Shown here: in pieces, positions 45,572 to 56,167 of the stretch
Layout of the letters: every line of letters starts with the position of its first letter
How positions within the stretch are numbered: position 1 is the stretch's first letter
Source: Bacteroidota bacterium
GTDB lineage: Bacteria; Bacteroidota; Bacteroidia; Flavobacteriales_F; PHOS-HE28
NCBI GenBank assembly: GCA_014584605.1
Contig: JACTMO010000053.1
Location: forward strand, 25,792 to 89,791
Length of the DNA: 64,000 nucleotides
Direction: 5' to 3'
Position numbers and translations under genes: made by a program
Notes under the pieces: model-generated
Database searches by the model: none
Seen by the model: only the letters and a program-made list of their open reading frames with translations
What the model was told of the DNA's origin: nothing

Positions 45572-47773
45572 TTGAAAACCGCGACGCACGCCCTTTCGTT
45601 CCTCATGACCGGCCTTGTGGCCGGCGCTCTCCAGGCCCAGTCCTTCACGCGGAACACCACCCCGCTCACCAACGAGAGCGCCCGCTCGGGCGGCTGTGTG
45701 GGGATCACCGACATGGACGGCGACGGGCTGGACGACCTGATCCTGCTCCACCAATCGGAGAACCTGTACATCGATTACCAGAACCCGGACGGCAGTTTCA
45801 CCTCGTTTTCCTACGGATCGGTGAGCTCCAGCGACCAGTGGGGCATGGCCGTGGGCGACGTGGACAACGACGGGCACAAGGACTTCGTAAGCGGTGGCAA
45901 CGGCGATGGGGTTCACTTCGTGGAGATCAGCGGACGTGGCGTGTACACGCCGGTCACCAACCTGAACAACGGTTCCATGTTCATGCAGTGCATGAACATG
46001 GCCGACATCAACAACGACAGCTGGCTGGACGTGTTCGGCTGTGGCGACACCGGCCCGAACAAGATCTGGCTGAACAACGGCAGCGGTTCCTTGAGCTACA
46101 ACAACTACATCAATTTTGCCACCACGCCGGCCACCGACATGAGCGGCAACTACGGCAGCACATGGACCGATTTCGACAACGACGGGGACATCGACCTGTA
46201 CATCACCAAGTGCCGACAGGGGGTGAACAGCCCCACCGACCCGCGCCGCTGGAACCGCCTGTTCGTGAACGACGGCAGCAACAACTACAGCGACCTGGCC
46301 GACACCTATGGGGTACAGAACCAGGAGCAGTCCTGGTCCAGCGACTTCGCCGACATCGACAACGACGGCGACCTGGACCTGATCACCTCCAACCACAGCA
46401 CCACGATCCAGTTGTTCCTGAACGACGGCACGGGGCATTACACCAACGCCACCAGCGGCAGCGGGCTGGAATACACCTCCTTCTTCCTACAGACCAAGTG
46501 CGAGGACCTGGACAACGACGGGTTCGTGGACCTGATCACGTCCGGCGGGGAGTATTACTTCCACGGCAACGGCGACGGCACCTTCACCCGCATCCTGAAC
46601 ATGCTGCCCGAGCCCGGGAGCTACACGCTGCACACCTTCGCCCTGGGCGACATGAACCACGACGGGTTCATCGACGTGTATGCCGGCTACGGCAGCAGCT
46701 ACGTGACGCCCAGCAGCAGCCGCGACGATGAGCTCTACCTGAACAACGGCAATGCGAACCACTTCCTGAACTTCCAGCTGACCGGGCAGGAGAGCAATCG
46801 GGATGCGGTGGGCGCTCGCGTCACCCTGTACGGCCCGTGGGGCATCCAGATCCGCGAGGTGCGGGCCGGGGAGAGCTACGGCATCGTCTGCTCCTCCACC
46901 TGCCATTTCGGGCTGGGGGGTGCCGTGGAAGCCGACAGCGCGGTGGTGCGCTGGCCCAGCGGCACGGTGGACAGGCTGTACAACGTGGCCGCGGACCAAT
47001 GGGTGGCGCTGGAAGAAGGCCAGACCACGCGCGGCGTGGTGGCCATCAAGGCCATGCTGGGCGGGCCGTACGACCAGGGCTCGGGCCTGATGACCGATGG
47101 CCTGCGCAACCTGGGCCTGCTGCCGCTCACCGAACCGTACACGGGACTTGGCCGCACCATCACCGGTCCGCCTGCGCTGCGCATCATCCCCGCGTCGGTG
47201 CTGGCCACCACGGGGGCCAACGCCATCGTGGACTGGGTGTGGGCCGAGCTGCGCGACCCGTCCACTCCGGGCGTGGTGCTGGCCGCCAAACCCGCCTTGG
47301 TGCAGCGCGACGGCGATGTGGTGGGCCTGGACGGGGAGCTCCCCGTGGCCATGGGTCTGGCTGACGGTAATTACCACGTGGCGCTGCGCCACCGCAACCA
47401 CCTGGGCGTGATGACCGGCGCGGCGCTCGCCCTGAGCGGAACGCCCACCGCGCTCGACCTCACGTTGCCCGCCACGCCCACCTGGGGCACGGCCGCGCGC
47501 AAGGATGTGAACGGCACCGCGGTGCTGTGGGACGGGAACGCCCGGGCCACGGACGGGGTGGTGAAGTACGCCGGAGGCAGCAACGACCGCGACCCCATCC
47601 TGGTGGCCATCGGCGGGGCGGTGCCCACGGCCACCACCACCGGCTACTTGCTGGAGGACGTGAACATGAACGGCGCCGTGAAGTACGCCGGTGGCGGCAA
47701 CGACCGCGACCGCATCCTGGTGAACATCGGCGGCTCGGTGCCCACCGGCACACGCACCGAACAGTTGCCCTGA
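45572..47773 (+). CDS. FG-GAP/VCBS-repeat protein with ASPIC/UnbV domain (CRTAC1-like), secreted
   Basis: 733 aa. Signal peptide. Repeated FG-GAP-like motifs (DMDGDGLDDLIL, DVDNDGHKDFV, DFDNDGDIDLY, DIDNDGDLDLI, DLDNDGFVDLI). ASPIC/UnbV domain (RDAVGARVTLYGPWGIQIREVRAGESYG...GLGGAVEADSAVVRWPSG). Confidence 0.85.
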   Translation: MKTATHALSFLMTGLVAGALQAQSFTRNTTPLTNESARSGGCVGITDMDGDGLDDLILLHQSENLYIDYQNPDGSFTSFSYGSVSSSDQWGMAVGDVDNDGHKDFVSGGNGDGVHFVEISGRGVYTPVTNLNNGSMFMQCMNMADINNDSWLDVFGCGDTGPNKIWLNNGSGSLSYNNYINFATTPATDMSGNYGSTWTDFDNDGDIDLYITKCRQGVNSPTDPRRWNRLFVNDGSNNYSDLADTYGVQNQEQSWSSDFADIDNDGDLDLITSNHSTTIQLFLNDGTGHYTNATSGSGLEYTSFFLQTKCEDLDNDGFVDLITSGGEYYFHGNGDGTFTRILNMLPEPGSYTLHTFALGDMNHDGFIDVYAGYGSSYVTPSSSRDDELYLNNGNANHFLNFQLTGQESNRDAVGARVTLYGPWGIQIREVRAGESYGIVCSSTCHFGLGGAVEADSAVVRWPSGTVDRLYNVAADQWVALEEGQTTRGVVAIKAMLGGPYDQGSGLMTDGLRNLGLLPLTEPYTGLGRTITGPPALRIIPASVLATTGANAIVDWVWAELRDPSTPGVVLAAKPALVQRDGDVVGLDGELPVAMGLADGNYHVALRHRNHLGVMTGAALALSGTPTALDLTLPATPTWGTAARKDVNGTAVLWDGNARATDGVVKYAGGSNDRDPILVAIGGAVPTATTTGYLLEDVNMNGAVKYAGGGNDRDRILVNIGGSVPTGTRTEQLP

Positions 47774-47914
47774 CGGGGCTGGTCTTGCGAAGCCTCCAGC
47801 CCGGCGGTGCTGCTGTCCCGCGACGGGCTGGCCGCCGGGCGTACACCGTGCAGGGGGGTGACCGTGGTCGGGGATGTACGGCCGCTGGCCTGCATCCCCG
47901 ATGAACGCAGCGGT

Positions 47915-49702
<1,788 letters not shown>

Positions 49703-49962
49703 GGCCGGGTCCGGAAAAGGCGTGCAAAGGTAGCCCTTGGCCTGCTGGCCGCCCTGCGATCCGGATGACGGCGCAAATGGCACCTTCGAGCATCCACCTC
49801 CTTCCCCGTGCGCATGCATCGCCATCATGGGATCCCGGCCGCCGACGGGAAGCGGGGAACGCGGTTCACATGAAAGTGGTATTGCCCGCCGCAGCGCTTC
49901 CGGCGGAGCTTTGTACACCCGCCCGGAATTGCGGCGAGGACCACCATCCACCGACCCATACC

Positions 49963-50523
49963 ATGAAGCGCGCGATCCTCTTGTTCTCGGTCCTGACCCT
50001 GGCGGCCTGCCAGAAGGAAGAAACCGCTCCGACCCCGACGGGTGGGAGCGACCCGAACGCATGGACCCCGCCGACCACCAGCTATTGGAAGATCAACGGG
50101 GTGGCCAACGGCAGCAGCATGGACGCGGTGAGCGTGAACATCACCGGGAACAACATGGGCTTGGCCAAGCCCTTTCCGGACCTTGGCTTCGGCTACTGCC
50201 AGCTGCGTGTTTTCTCGGACAACAACAACCTCAATATCCGGGACAGCGTACCGGAAGGTGGCTACATCACCCTGCCCATCACCATCAACAGCACCTCCAA
50301 CAACGACTCCATCCGCGTGGAACTGGACGTTGAGGATAATAACAGCGGTACCCAGGGCAACTACTTCTACCGGGCCACCGGCGGCACGGTGTACATCTCG
50401 AAGTCGGGCGGCAAGCTGCGCTATACCAGCAACGGCACCCTGGCCATGGAAGGGGTGAAATACCCAGACATGCAGAGCTACATCTACACCTGCCAGCTTT
50501 CCTTCAGCCAGGTTCAGCCGTAG
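49963..50523 (+). CDS. Hypothetical lipoprotein
   Basis: ~186 aa. Lipoprotein signal with lipobox ([16 protein letters not shown]). Asn/Ser/Gly-rich beta-type composition. Confidence 0.6.
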   Translation: MKRAILLFSVLTLAACQKEETAPTPTGGSDPNAWTPPTTSYWKINGVANGSSMDAVSVNITGNNMGLAKPFPDLGFGYCQLRVFSDNNNLNIRDSVPEGGYITLPITINSTSNNDSIRVELDVEDNNSGTQGNYFYRATGGTVYISKSGGKLRYTSNGTLAMEGVKYPDMQSYIYTCQLSFSQVQP

Positions 50524-50792
50524 GTCCCGGTCCGCACCGTGTGGTGCGAGGGGGCATTTGCCCAATGCAGCGAATGCTGGGCATCCGGTGGCGTTCATGG
50601 GACTCGACGAGAGTGCGCGGGGCACCATGGGGAACATTGCGGCACCACTCGGCCTTGTGCTCCCTTTTGCAAATTCGAAGGTCCTGGCCAGGACTCCTGT
50701 GGCCGGGCCGCTGTATTTTCCGCCCTGAACGGTCCTCCCATGCGTTTTCTGGTCGTTGTTCTGCTGTTCTGCTGCGTGCAAAGAACCGATCA

Positions 50793-51113
50793 AGTCCCCT
50801 CATGTCCGGCGGAGCACTCCGCCGGACCCGGCAAGGAGGGGTACGGGGTGGTTACCGCTGATGGGGAACAAGATCCCTGAGTTGAAACCTCCCCCGGCCC
50901 CTCCTTGTGCGGCGCGTGGAGGGTTCCACGCGCAGGAGGGGAGTTGAACGGAATGAAGCCCCCTCCTGTCCGGCGGAACGCTTCGCCGGAAATGGCAAGG
51001 AGGGATACGGGGTGGTTTCCGTTGATGGGGAACAAGATCCCTGAGTTGAAATCTCCCCCGGCCCCTCCTTGTGCGGCGCGTGGAGGGTTCCACGCGCAGG
51101 AGGGGAGTTGGAT
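50793..51113. repeat. Left array of structured hairpin repeats (B1-A1-B2-A2) flanking the DUF559 gene
   Basis: B unit ~88 bp (…CCCCTCCTGTCCGGCGGA-loop-TCCGCCGGACCCGGCAAGGAGGGG…GGGGAACAAGATCCCTGA). A unit ~75 bp (GTTGAAACCTCCCCCGGCCCCTCCTTGTGCGGCGCGTGGAGGGTTCCACGCGCAGGAGGGGAGTTG). Both have nested inverted repeats. Units are 90-97% identical between copies. Confidence 0.6.
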
Positions 51114-51130
51114 TGCGTCAAGGGTCCTCG

Positions 51131-51514
51131 CTAAGTGCGATCGCTGGACGGCTCTTCCGCGAGTGTCGTGCGGATCATTTCCAGCACACCCTCCGGATCC
51201 TTCAGTAATTCCCGGTTCTCGATCCGAAGGACCCGGATCCCCAATGCACGCAGGAGCTCATCCCGGGCGCCGTCGTTCGCGTCGCCGAGCACCTCAAAGT
51301 GCTCTGCGCCATCCAGTTCGATCGCCAGTCGCTTGGCCGGACAATAGAAGTCCAGGACGATCGAGCTGCCGATGCTGTGCTGCCGACGGAACTTGAATCC
51401 ATCGAGTTTTCGTCCGCGGATCAACGACCACAACGCATCCTCCGCGGCCGTGGACGCCGCCCGAAGCCCGCGGCGAATTTCGAGGAGTTCCGGCCTGTTG
51501 TGGATACTGGTCAT
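51131..51514 (-). CDS. DUF559 endonuclease-domain protein (Vsr/restriction-endonuclease-like fold)
   Basis: ~127 aa from internal M148. DUF559 signature (…RKLDGFKFRRQHSIGSSIVLDFYCPAKRLAIELDGAEH…RDELLRALGIRVLRIENRE). Confidence 0.7.
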   Translation of the reverse strand: MTSIHNRPELLEIRRGLRAASTAAEDALWSLIRGRKLDGFKFRRQHSIGSSIVLDFYCPAKRLAIELDGAEHFEVLGDANDGARDELLRALGIRVLRIENRELLKDPEGVLEMIRTTLAEEPSSDRT

Positions 51515-51548
51515 CCCGGTCGTGTTGTGGTGGATGAAGGTATGGGCT

Positions 51549-51870
51549 GAGTTGAAACCTCCCCCAGCCCCTCCTTGTGCGGCGCGTGGAGTATTCCACG
51601 CGCAGGAGGGGAGTTCCGCGATCAAGCCCCCTCCTGTCCGGCGGAACACTCCGCCGGACCCGGCAAGGAGGGGTACGGGGTGGTTACCGTTGTTGGGGAA
51701 CAAGATCCTGAGTTGAAACCTCCCCCGACCCCTCCTTGTTCGGCGTGTGGAGGGTTCCACACGCAGGAGGGGAGTTGGATCGGTTGTGCGGCGCGTGGAG
51801 TATTCCACGCGCAGGAGGGGAGTTGAACGGAATGAAGTCCCCTCCTGTCCGGCGGAACGCTCCGCATTCG
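51549..51870. repeat. Right array of structured hairpin repeats (A3-B3-A4-A5'-B4') flanking the DUF559 gene
   Basis: Same A and B unit types as the left array. Copy A4 carries paired compensatory changes that preserve the inner stem (GCGTGTGGA/TCCACACGC versus GCGCGTGGA/TCCACGCGC). Confidence 0.6.
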
Positions 51871-51982
51871 GGTCTTCTTGCACTGGAGCTCCTGCCGGTC
51901 GGGTCGTGCGCCACGAACGACAACAAGGAAAAAATTCACACAGAACGCCGATCATTCAAGGAACGTGGATACTTTTCCACCA

Positions 51983-52714
51983 GTGAACCCCACGGTATTC
52001 ATTGTAGAGGATGAGCCGCAGGCCCGCGAGCTGATCCGCGCGTTGTTGACCAAGCGGCATCCACGCGTCAAGCTGGTGGGCGAGGCGGGCGATGTGCATA
52101 GCGCCGCGGACGCGATCCGTGCCGCAGTGCCGCAGGTGCTCTTCCTGGACGTGGACCTGGGCGGGCTGGACGGGTTCGACCTCCTGCGTCGTATCGTGCC
52201 GGTGGAGCCGTTGGTGATCTTCACCACCGGCAAGGCTGAACACGCGGTCCAGGCCTTCGATGTGCGGGCGGTCGACTTTCTGGTGAAGCCCATCAGCGGT
52301 CCGCGCTTCGACGAGGCCGTGCTGCGCGCCCTGGAGCAGTTGGAACGGCGGGCACCCCAGGTCCCCCCGGGCATGGTGGTGAGCGACCGCCGCATTGCAC
52401 TGCCCGACGCGCGGGGGCTGACGCTGCTTCCGCTGGACGAACTGCTGTACTGCGCCAGCGACAACAACTACACCCTGGTGCACCGGCGCGGCGAGGCGCG
52501 GCCACTGGTGGTGAGCCGAGGCATTGTGGCGTTCGACGACGCGCTGCACGACCAGGGCTTCGTGCGCATCCACCAACGGTACCTGGTGAACCGCAAGCAC
52601 ATCCAGCGCTACATCAAGGGCGAGGGCGGCGAGGTGATCATGAGCGATGGCGCCAACCTGCCTGTGAGCCGCCGCCAGAAGGCCGACCTGATGGAGGCCC
52701 TGGAGCGGCTCTGA
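51983..52714 (+). CDS. LytTR-family response regulator (REC + LytTR), orphan
   Basis: ~243 aa. Probable GTG start at 51983. Receiver domain (FIVEDEP...VLFLDVDLGGLDGF...KPI). LytTR domain (LLYCASDNNYTLVH...FVRIHQRYLVN). Confidence 0.75.
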   Translation: MNPTVFIVEDEPQARELIRALLTKRHPRVKLVGEAGDVHSAADAIRAAVPQVLFLDVDLGGLDGFDLLRRIVPVEPLVIFTTGKAEHAVQAFDVRAVDFLVKPISGPRFDEAVLRALEQLERRAPQVPPGMVVSDRRIALPDARGLTLLPLDELLYCASDNNYTLVHRRGEARPLVVSRGIVAFDDALHDQGFVRIHQRYLVNRKHIQRYIKGEGGEVIMSDGANLPVSRRQKADLMEALERL

Positions 52715-52808
52715 ACCGAATTCACGATCACAACCGCCACGAACACGATCATCCATCCGGCCTCGCCCGGCACCACCCACCTTCGGCCCACGAACAACAC
52801 ACTAACCC

Positions 52809-53888
52809 ATGAGAACATTCTTCCTTCTGGCCCTTGCGCTCGTTACCAGCATGATGGCGAACGCCCAAGGCGTGATCACGCGCCAGTTGAACGGGCAATC
52901 CTTCTTCTACTATGCCGGAGAGCTGCAACAGGTCTTCGACGATGCCGAGCAGTCCGCTGGCCAGGATACGGTGATCCTTGCGGGCGGTCAGTACATGACG
53001 GCCACCGACCTCTTTATCCGGACGCCGATCGTGCTCATGGGCAGTGGGGTGTACCCGGACAGTGTGACGGCCTACGGCGGGCGGACAACGATATCCGGCA
53101 GTGGATTCAGGTACCTGCGCATCATGGAGGATGCAGATGGCACGCAACTCCACGGGATCGCCTTCATGGGAAGCATTGGTGTGACGATCGGAACCTCGCT
53201 GAGCACATCCGATGCAGATGGTGTTGTGGTGTCCCGTTGTGAACTTGAAGTGCTGTACCTGGGCTCCGGCTCATACGGGTCCAATGCGAACGACCCCTTG
53301 GTTGAACAGTGCATCATCACCAACCTGGACTTGAATGAATGCACCGATCCCACGATCCGCAATTGTGTGATCGGCAGCATGGATGGGGGGATACCGACCA
53401 CCGACGCGCGGGTCGAGCAATGCATGTTCTTCAACTTTGCGCTGAACAGCAACACAGGCAACGAGTACACCAACTGCATCTTCATCCGCAATCAATCGAA
53501 CGCCTTTGTGGCCAACGAAACGGGCGCCATCTTCCGCAACAACCTTTTCGTGGGCCAGAGCGGATTCTCCTTCAGTATCGGTCCAAATGCCACGGACGGA
53601 GGCGGCAATGTGAGCGACAGCCCGATCAACACCGTGAACGGCGCATTTCCGCAGCTAACGTCCACCAGCTACACCGTCTTTGCTCATGGGGACAACTACA
53701 CGCCGGCCGTGCAATGGTTGACCGCCGGTCTGGGCGGCACCCAGGTGGGGATCCATGGTGGTGCGCGACCCTGGAAGGATGGGCTGCTGCCGTTCAATCC
53801 GCATTGGATCCAGTTGATCGCACCGAGCACCACGGTGAACGGCACTTTGCAGGGGGTGCAGATCAAGGCCAGCGCACAGCAACCCTGA
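52809..53888 (+). CDS. Secreted protein with predicted right-handed parallel beta-helix repeats
   Basis: 359 aa. Signal peptide (MRTFFLLALALVTSMMANAQG). Repetitive N/G/I/V-rich ~22-aa periodicity (NC.I..N...) typical of pectin-lyase-fold proteins. Confidence 0.5.
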   Translation: MRTFFLLALALVTSMMANAQGVITRQLNGQSFFYYAGELQQVFDDAEQSAGQDTVILAGGQYMTATDLFIRTPIVLMGSGVYPDSVTAYGGRTTISGSGFRYLRIMEDADGTQLHGIAFMGSIGVTIGTSLSTSDADGVVVSRCELEVLYLGSGSYGSNANDPLVEQCIITNLDLNECTDPTIRNCVIGSMDGGIPTTDARVEQCMFFNFALNSNTGNEYTNCIFIRNQSNAFVANETGAIFRNNLFVGQSGFSFSIGPNATDGGGNVSDSPINTVNGAFPQLTSTSYTVFAHGDNYTPAVQWLTAGLGGTQVGIHGGARPWKDGLLPFNPHWIQLIAPSTTVNGTLQGVQIKASAQQP

Positions 53889-53891
53889 GCC

Positions 53892-55142
53892 ATGGGACGC
53901 GCGCTCTTGCTTCTGGTGCTTCTGGCTCCGATGTGGGCCACGGCACAGGTGCCGGACCTTTCCGGATACGAGTACTGGTTCGATCAGGCGGATGCGGACA
54001 ACGAACGGGTGTTCGTTCCCTTCACCGCGCCCGGCCAGGTGGTGAGTTTGAGCAGCGAACAACTCGCTGCGGCGGCACTTGGCGTGGGTCAGCACCGCCT
54101 GCACATCCGCCTGCGCGATCAGGCGGGCCGCTGGAGCAGCACCTTGTTCCGCTCGTTCCTGATCCATCCGGCCGGCCCCTTCGCGGTGATCTCCGGCGAA
54201 TACTGGTTCGACCAGGACGATGCGAACCGGCAATCCTTCAACCTGACACCGGGTGGCAGCGTGTCCATCACCCTGAACACACCGGCCGGAGGACTTTCGA
54301 CGGGCCAGCATCGCGTTCACTACCGCCTGCGCGATGACCACGGGGTATGGAGCAGTGTGCTGGCACGGAAGTTCCTGGTGACCACGGAAGGCCCGCACGA
54401 GCTTGTGCTCCTGCGCTACTGGAGCGAACCCGTTCCACAGAACCCCAGCGACATGACCGAGGTACCCATCACACCCGCCGTGCAGGTGCTGGACATCGTC
54501 GATGACGTGCTCTTCTGCAACTGGAGCAGCACGGGGCAGACCGATGTGTATTTCCAACTACAGGACAACCACGGGCAGTGGAGCTCGGTGATCACGCGCG
54601 GCATCGACGTGGATGCGGTGAGCGCGCCTCCTGCAGCGACCACGATCTCGGGCCCAGCCCTGGTGCTGGACAACAGCGCGCAGACCTACACGGCCACCAC
54701 GGTACCCGGCGCCTCGTACTATGTGTGGACCCTGCCGACGGGATGGTCGGGGACCAGCACCGGCAATTCGATCAACGTAACGACAGGCGCGCCCGGCGAG
54801 GATGGATGGGTGGTCGTGACCGCCGGCAACGGATGCGGCCTTGGAGATCCGGACAGCCTGTTCGTGACGATCACCGGCACGGGCATACCGATTGACGGAA
54901 CGACAGGCATCTTGCTTTTCCCCAACCCCACCACCGGCCTGATGACCATCGCGCTGCCGGATGCCGAAGGAGCGGAGCGCCTCCAAGTGTTCAACGCGCA
55001 AGGTGCCGTGGTGCGCGATGAACACCCGGCGCCTTCCGATCGCCTGACGCTGGACCTCCGCGGCGCGGCTGAGGGCCTCTACACCGTTCGTCTGCATCGC
55101 GATGCGCAGATCACCGACCTGCGGGTGATGCTGCGGCGATGA
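53892..55142 (+). CDS. T9SS C-terminal-target-domain protein with three tandem ~65-aa 'EYWFDQ' repeats
   Basis: 416 aa. Signal peptide. Repeats (SGYEYWFDQADADNERVF…GQHRLHIRLRDQAGRWSS / SGEYWFDQDDANRQSF…GQHRVHYRLRDDHGVWSS / LRYWSEPVPQNPSD…QLQDNHGQWSS). C-terminal Por/T9SS sorting domain (LLFPNPTTGLMTIALPD…LYTVRLHRDAQITDLRVMLRR). Confidence 0.7.
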   Translation: MGRALLLLVLLAPMWATAQVPDLSGYEYWFDQADADNERVFVPFTAPGQVVSLSSEQLAAAALGVGQHRLHIRLRDQAGRWSSTLFRSFLIHPAGPFAVISGEYWFDQDDANRQSFNLTPGGSVSITLNTPAGGLSTGQHRVHYRLRDDHGVWSSVLARKFLVTTEGPHELVLLRYWSEPVPQNPSDMTEVPITPAVQVLDIVDDVLFCNWSSTGQTDVYFQLQDNHGQWSSVITRGIDVDAVSAPPAATTISGPALVLDNSAQTYTATTVPGASYYVWTLPTGWSGTSTGNSINVTTGAPGEDGWVVVTAGNGCGLGDPDSLFVTITGTGIPIDGTTGILLFPNPTTGLMTIALPDAEGAERLQVFNAQGAVVRDEHPAPSDRLTLDLRGAAEGLYTVRLHRDAQITDLRVMLRR

Positions 55143-55180
55143 GTTCTTCTTCATCACTCACCCCGGAACCCCAGGCCCTC

Positions 55181-56143
55181 ATGAACCGATCGATCCTGCT
55201 GACACTGGGCGCCACCGTGGCCCTCAGCGCCAGCGCACAACGCAAGAAGACCCCCACGGTCTACACCCCGCTCACGGGGGTCAGTACCGAGGAGGTACTG
55301 CCCGTGGCCGCCTATATGATCAAGACCTATTACAAGGGCGACATCGACTACCTGGCCTGGGGCGATCGGCATTTGCGTTCGTACTGGATCAACTACTACT
55401 GGGGCCTCGGCACCCAATGCCACCTGAAGGCCAACTTCAAGGTGGATGCGTCCAACGGGTTGGAGATCATCATGGACCCCGTGGAGATGTACGACACGGA
55501 CAGCCACCGGTGGATCGGCGCCCGGGAGGACAAACGTGAGCTGAACATCAAGATCGAGATGGTGGAGCACATCCGGGCGCGGCTGGCCGTGCCGGACAGC
55601 GTGCAGAAGGCGAAGGACTGGTTCTACACGGATCTGCGGGTGAACGCCTGCTTCTTCGAGACGGCGACCGAGCTGGCCGGTCAGCGCTGGTTCGAGGCCT
55701 ACCTGCGCGACAAGGCCGTGCAATGGACCGTGCCCTTCGATGACGTGAAGGCCAACGCGGTGGAGGGGTACAAATACGCCGAGCATTACAGCGCGGACAT
55801 CTCCAATACCGCGCTGGACCCCAATGCCGATGTGGTGAAGCGCTTCCAGATCGTCAAGTACACCAACTCGGACAAGAACGTGATGAGCAGCAAGGGGTCC
55901 AACCTGAAGGTGTCGGGATACTTCCGCTCCTTGACCTTCTCGAACGACCAGTTCCTCATCACCATCACCGAGGCATTGAACGACCCGCTGCCCAAGACCT
56001 CGGCGCAGGCCACGGAGAGCAAGGGCGGCGGCGCACTGGAGAACGCCGACAAGCTGAAGAAGCTGAAGGAGTTGCTGGACGCGGGCATCCTGACGAAGGC
56101 CGAGTATGACGCCGAGAAGAAGAAGCTGCTCGGCCCCCCCTGA
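55181..56143 (+). CDS. Secreted hypothetical protein with C-terminal SHOCT domain
   Basis: ~320 aa. Signal peptide (MNRSILLTLGATVALSASAQ). C-terminal SHOCT motif (KLKELLDAGILTKAEYDAEKKKLL). Confidence 0.6.
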   Translation: MNRSILLTLGATVALSASAQRKKTPTVYTPLTGVSTEEVLPVAAYMIKTYYKGDIDYLAWGDRHLRSYWINYYWGLGTQCHLKANFKVDASNGLEIIMDPVEMYDTDSHRWIGAREDKRELNIKIEMVEHIRARLAVPDSVQKAKDWFYTDLRVNACFFETATELAGQRWFEAYLRDKAVQWTVPFDDVKANAVEGYKYAEHYSADISNTALDPNADVVKRFQIVKYTNSDKNVMSSKGSNLKVSGYFRSLTFSNDQFLITITEALNDPLPKTSAQATESKGGGALENADKLKKLKELLDAGILTKAEYDAEKKKLLGPP

Positions 56144-56167
56144 CCTCACCGCGCCCATCCCAGGCAC

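Noticed and set aside
50793-51870. Possible CRISPR array
   Set aside because: The repeat units are 75-90 bp, of two alternating types, directly abutting without unique uniform-length spacers. There are no cas genes, and the units have internal nested hairpins typical of REP/MITE-like elements.
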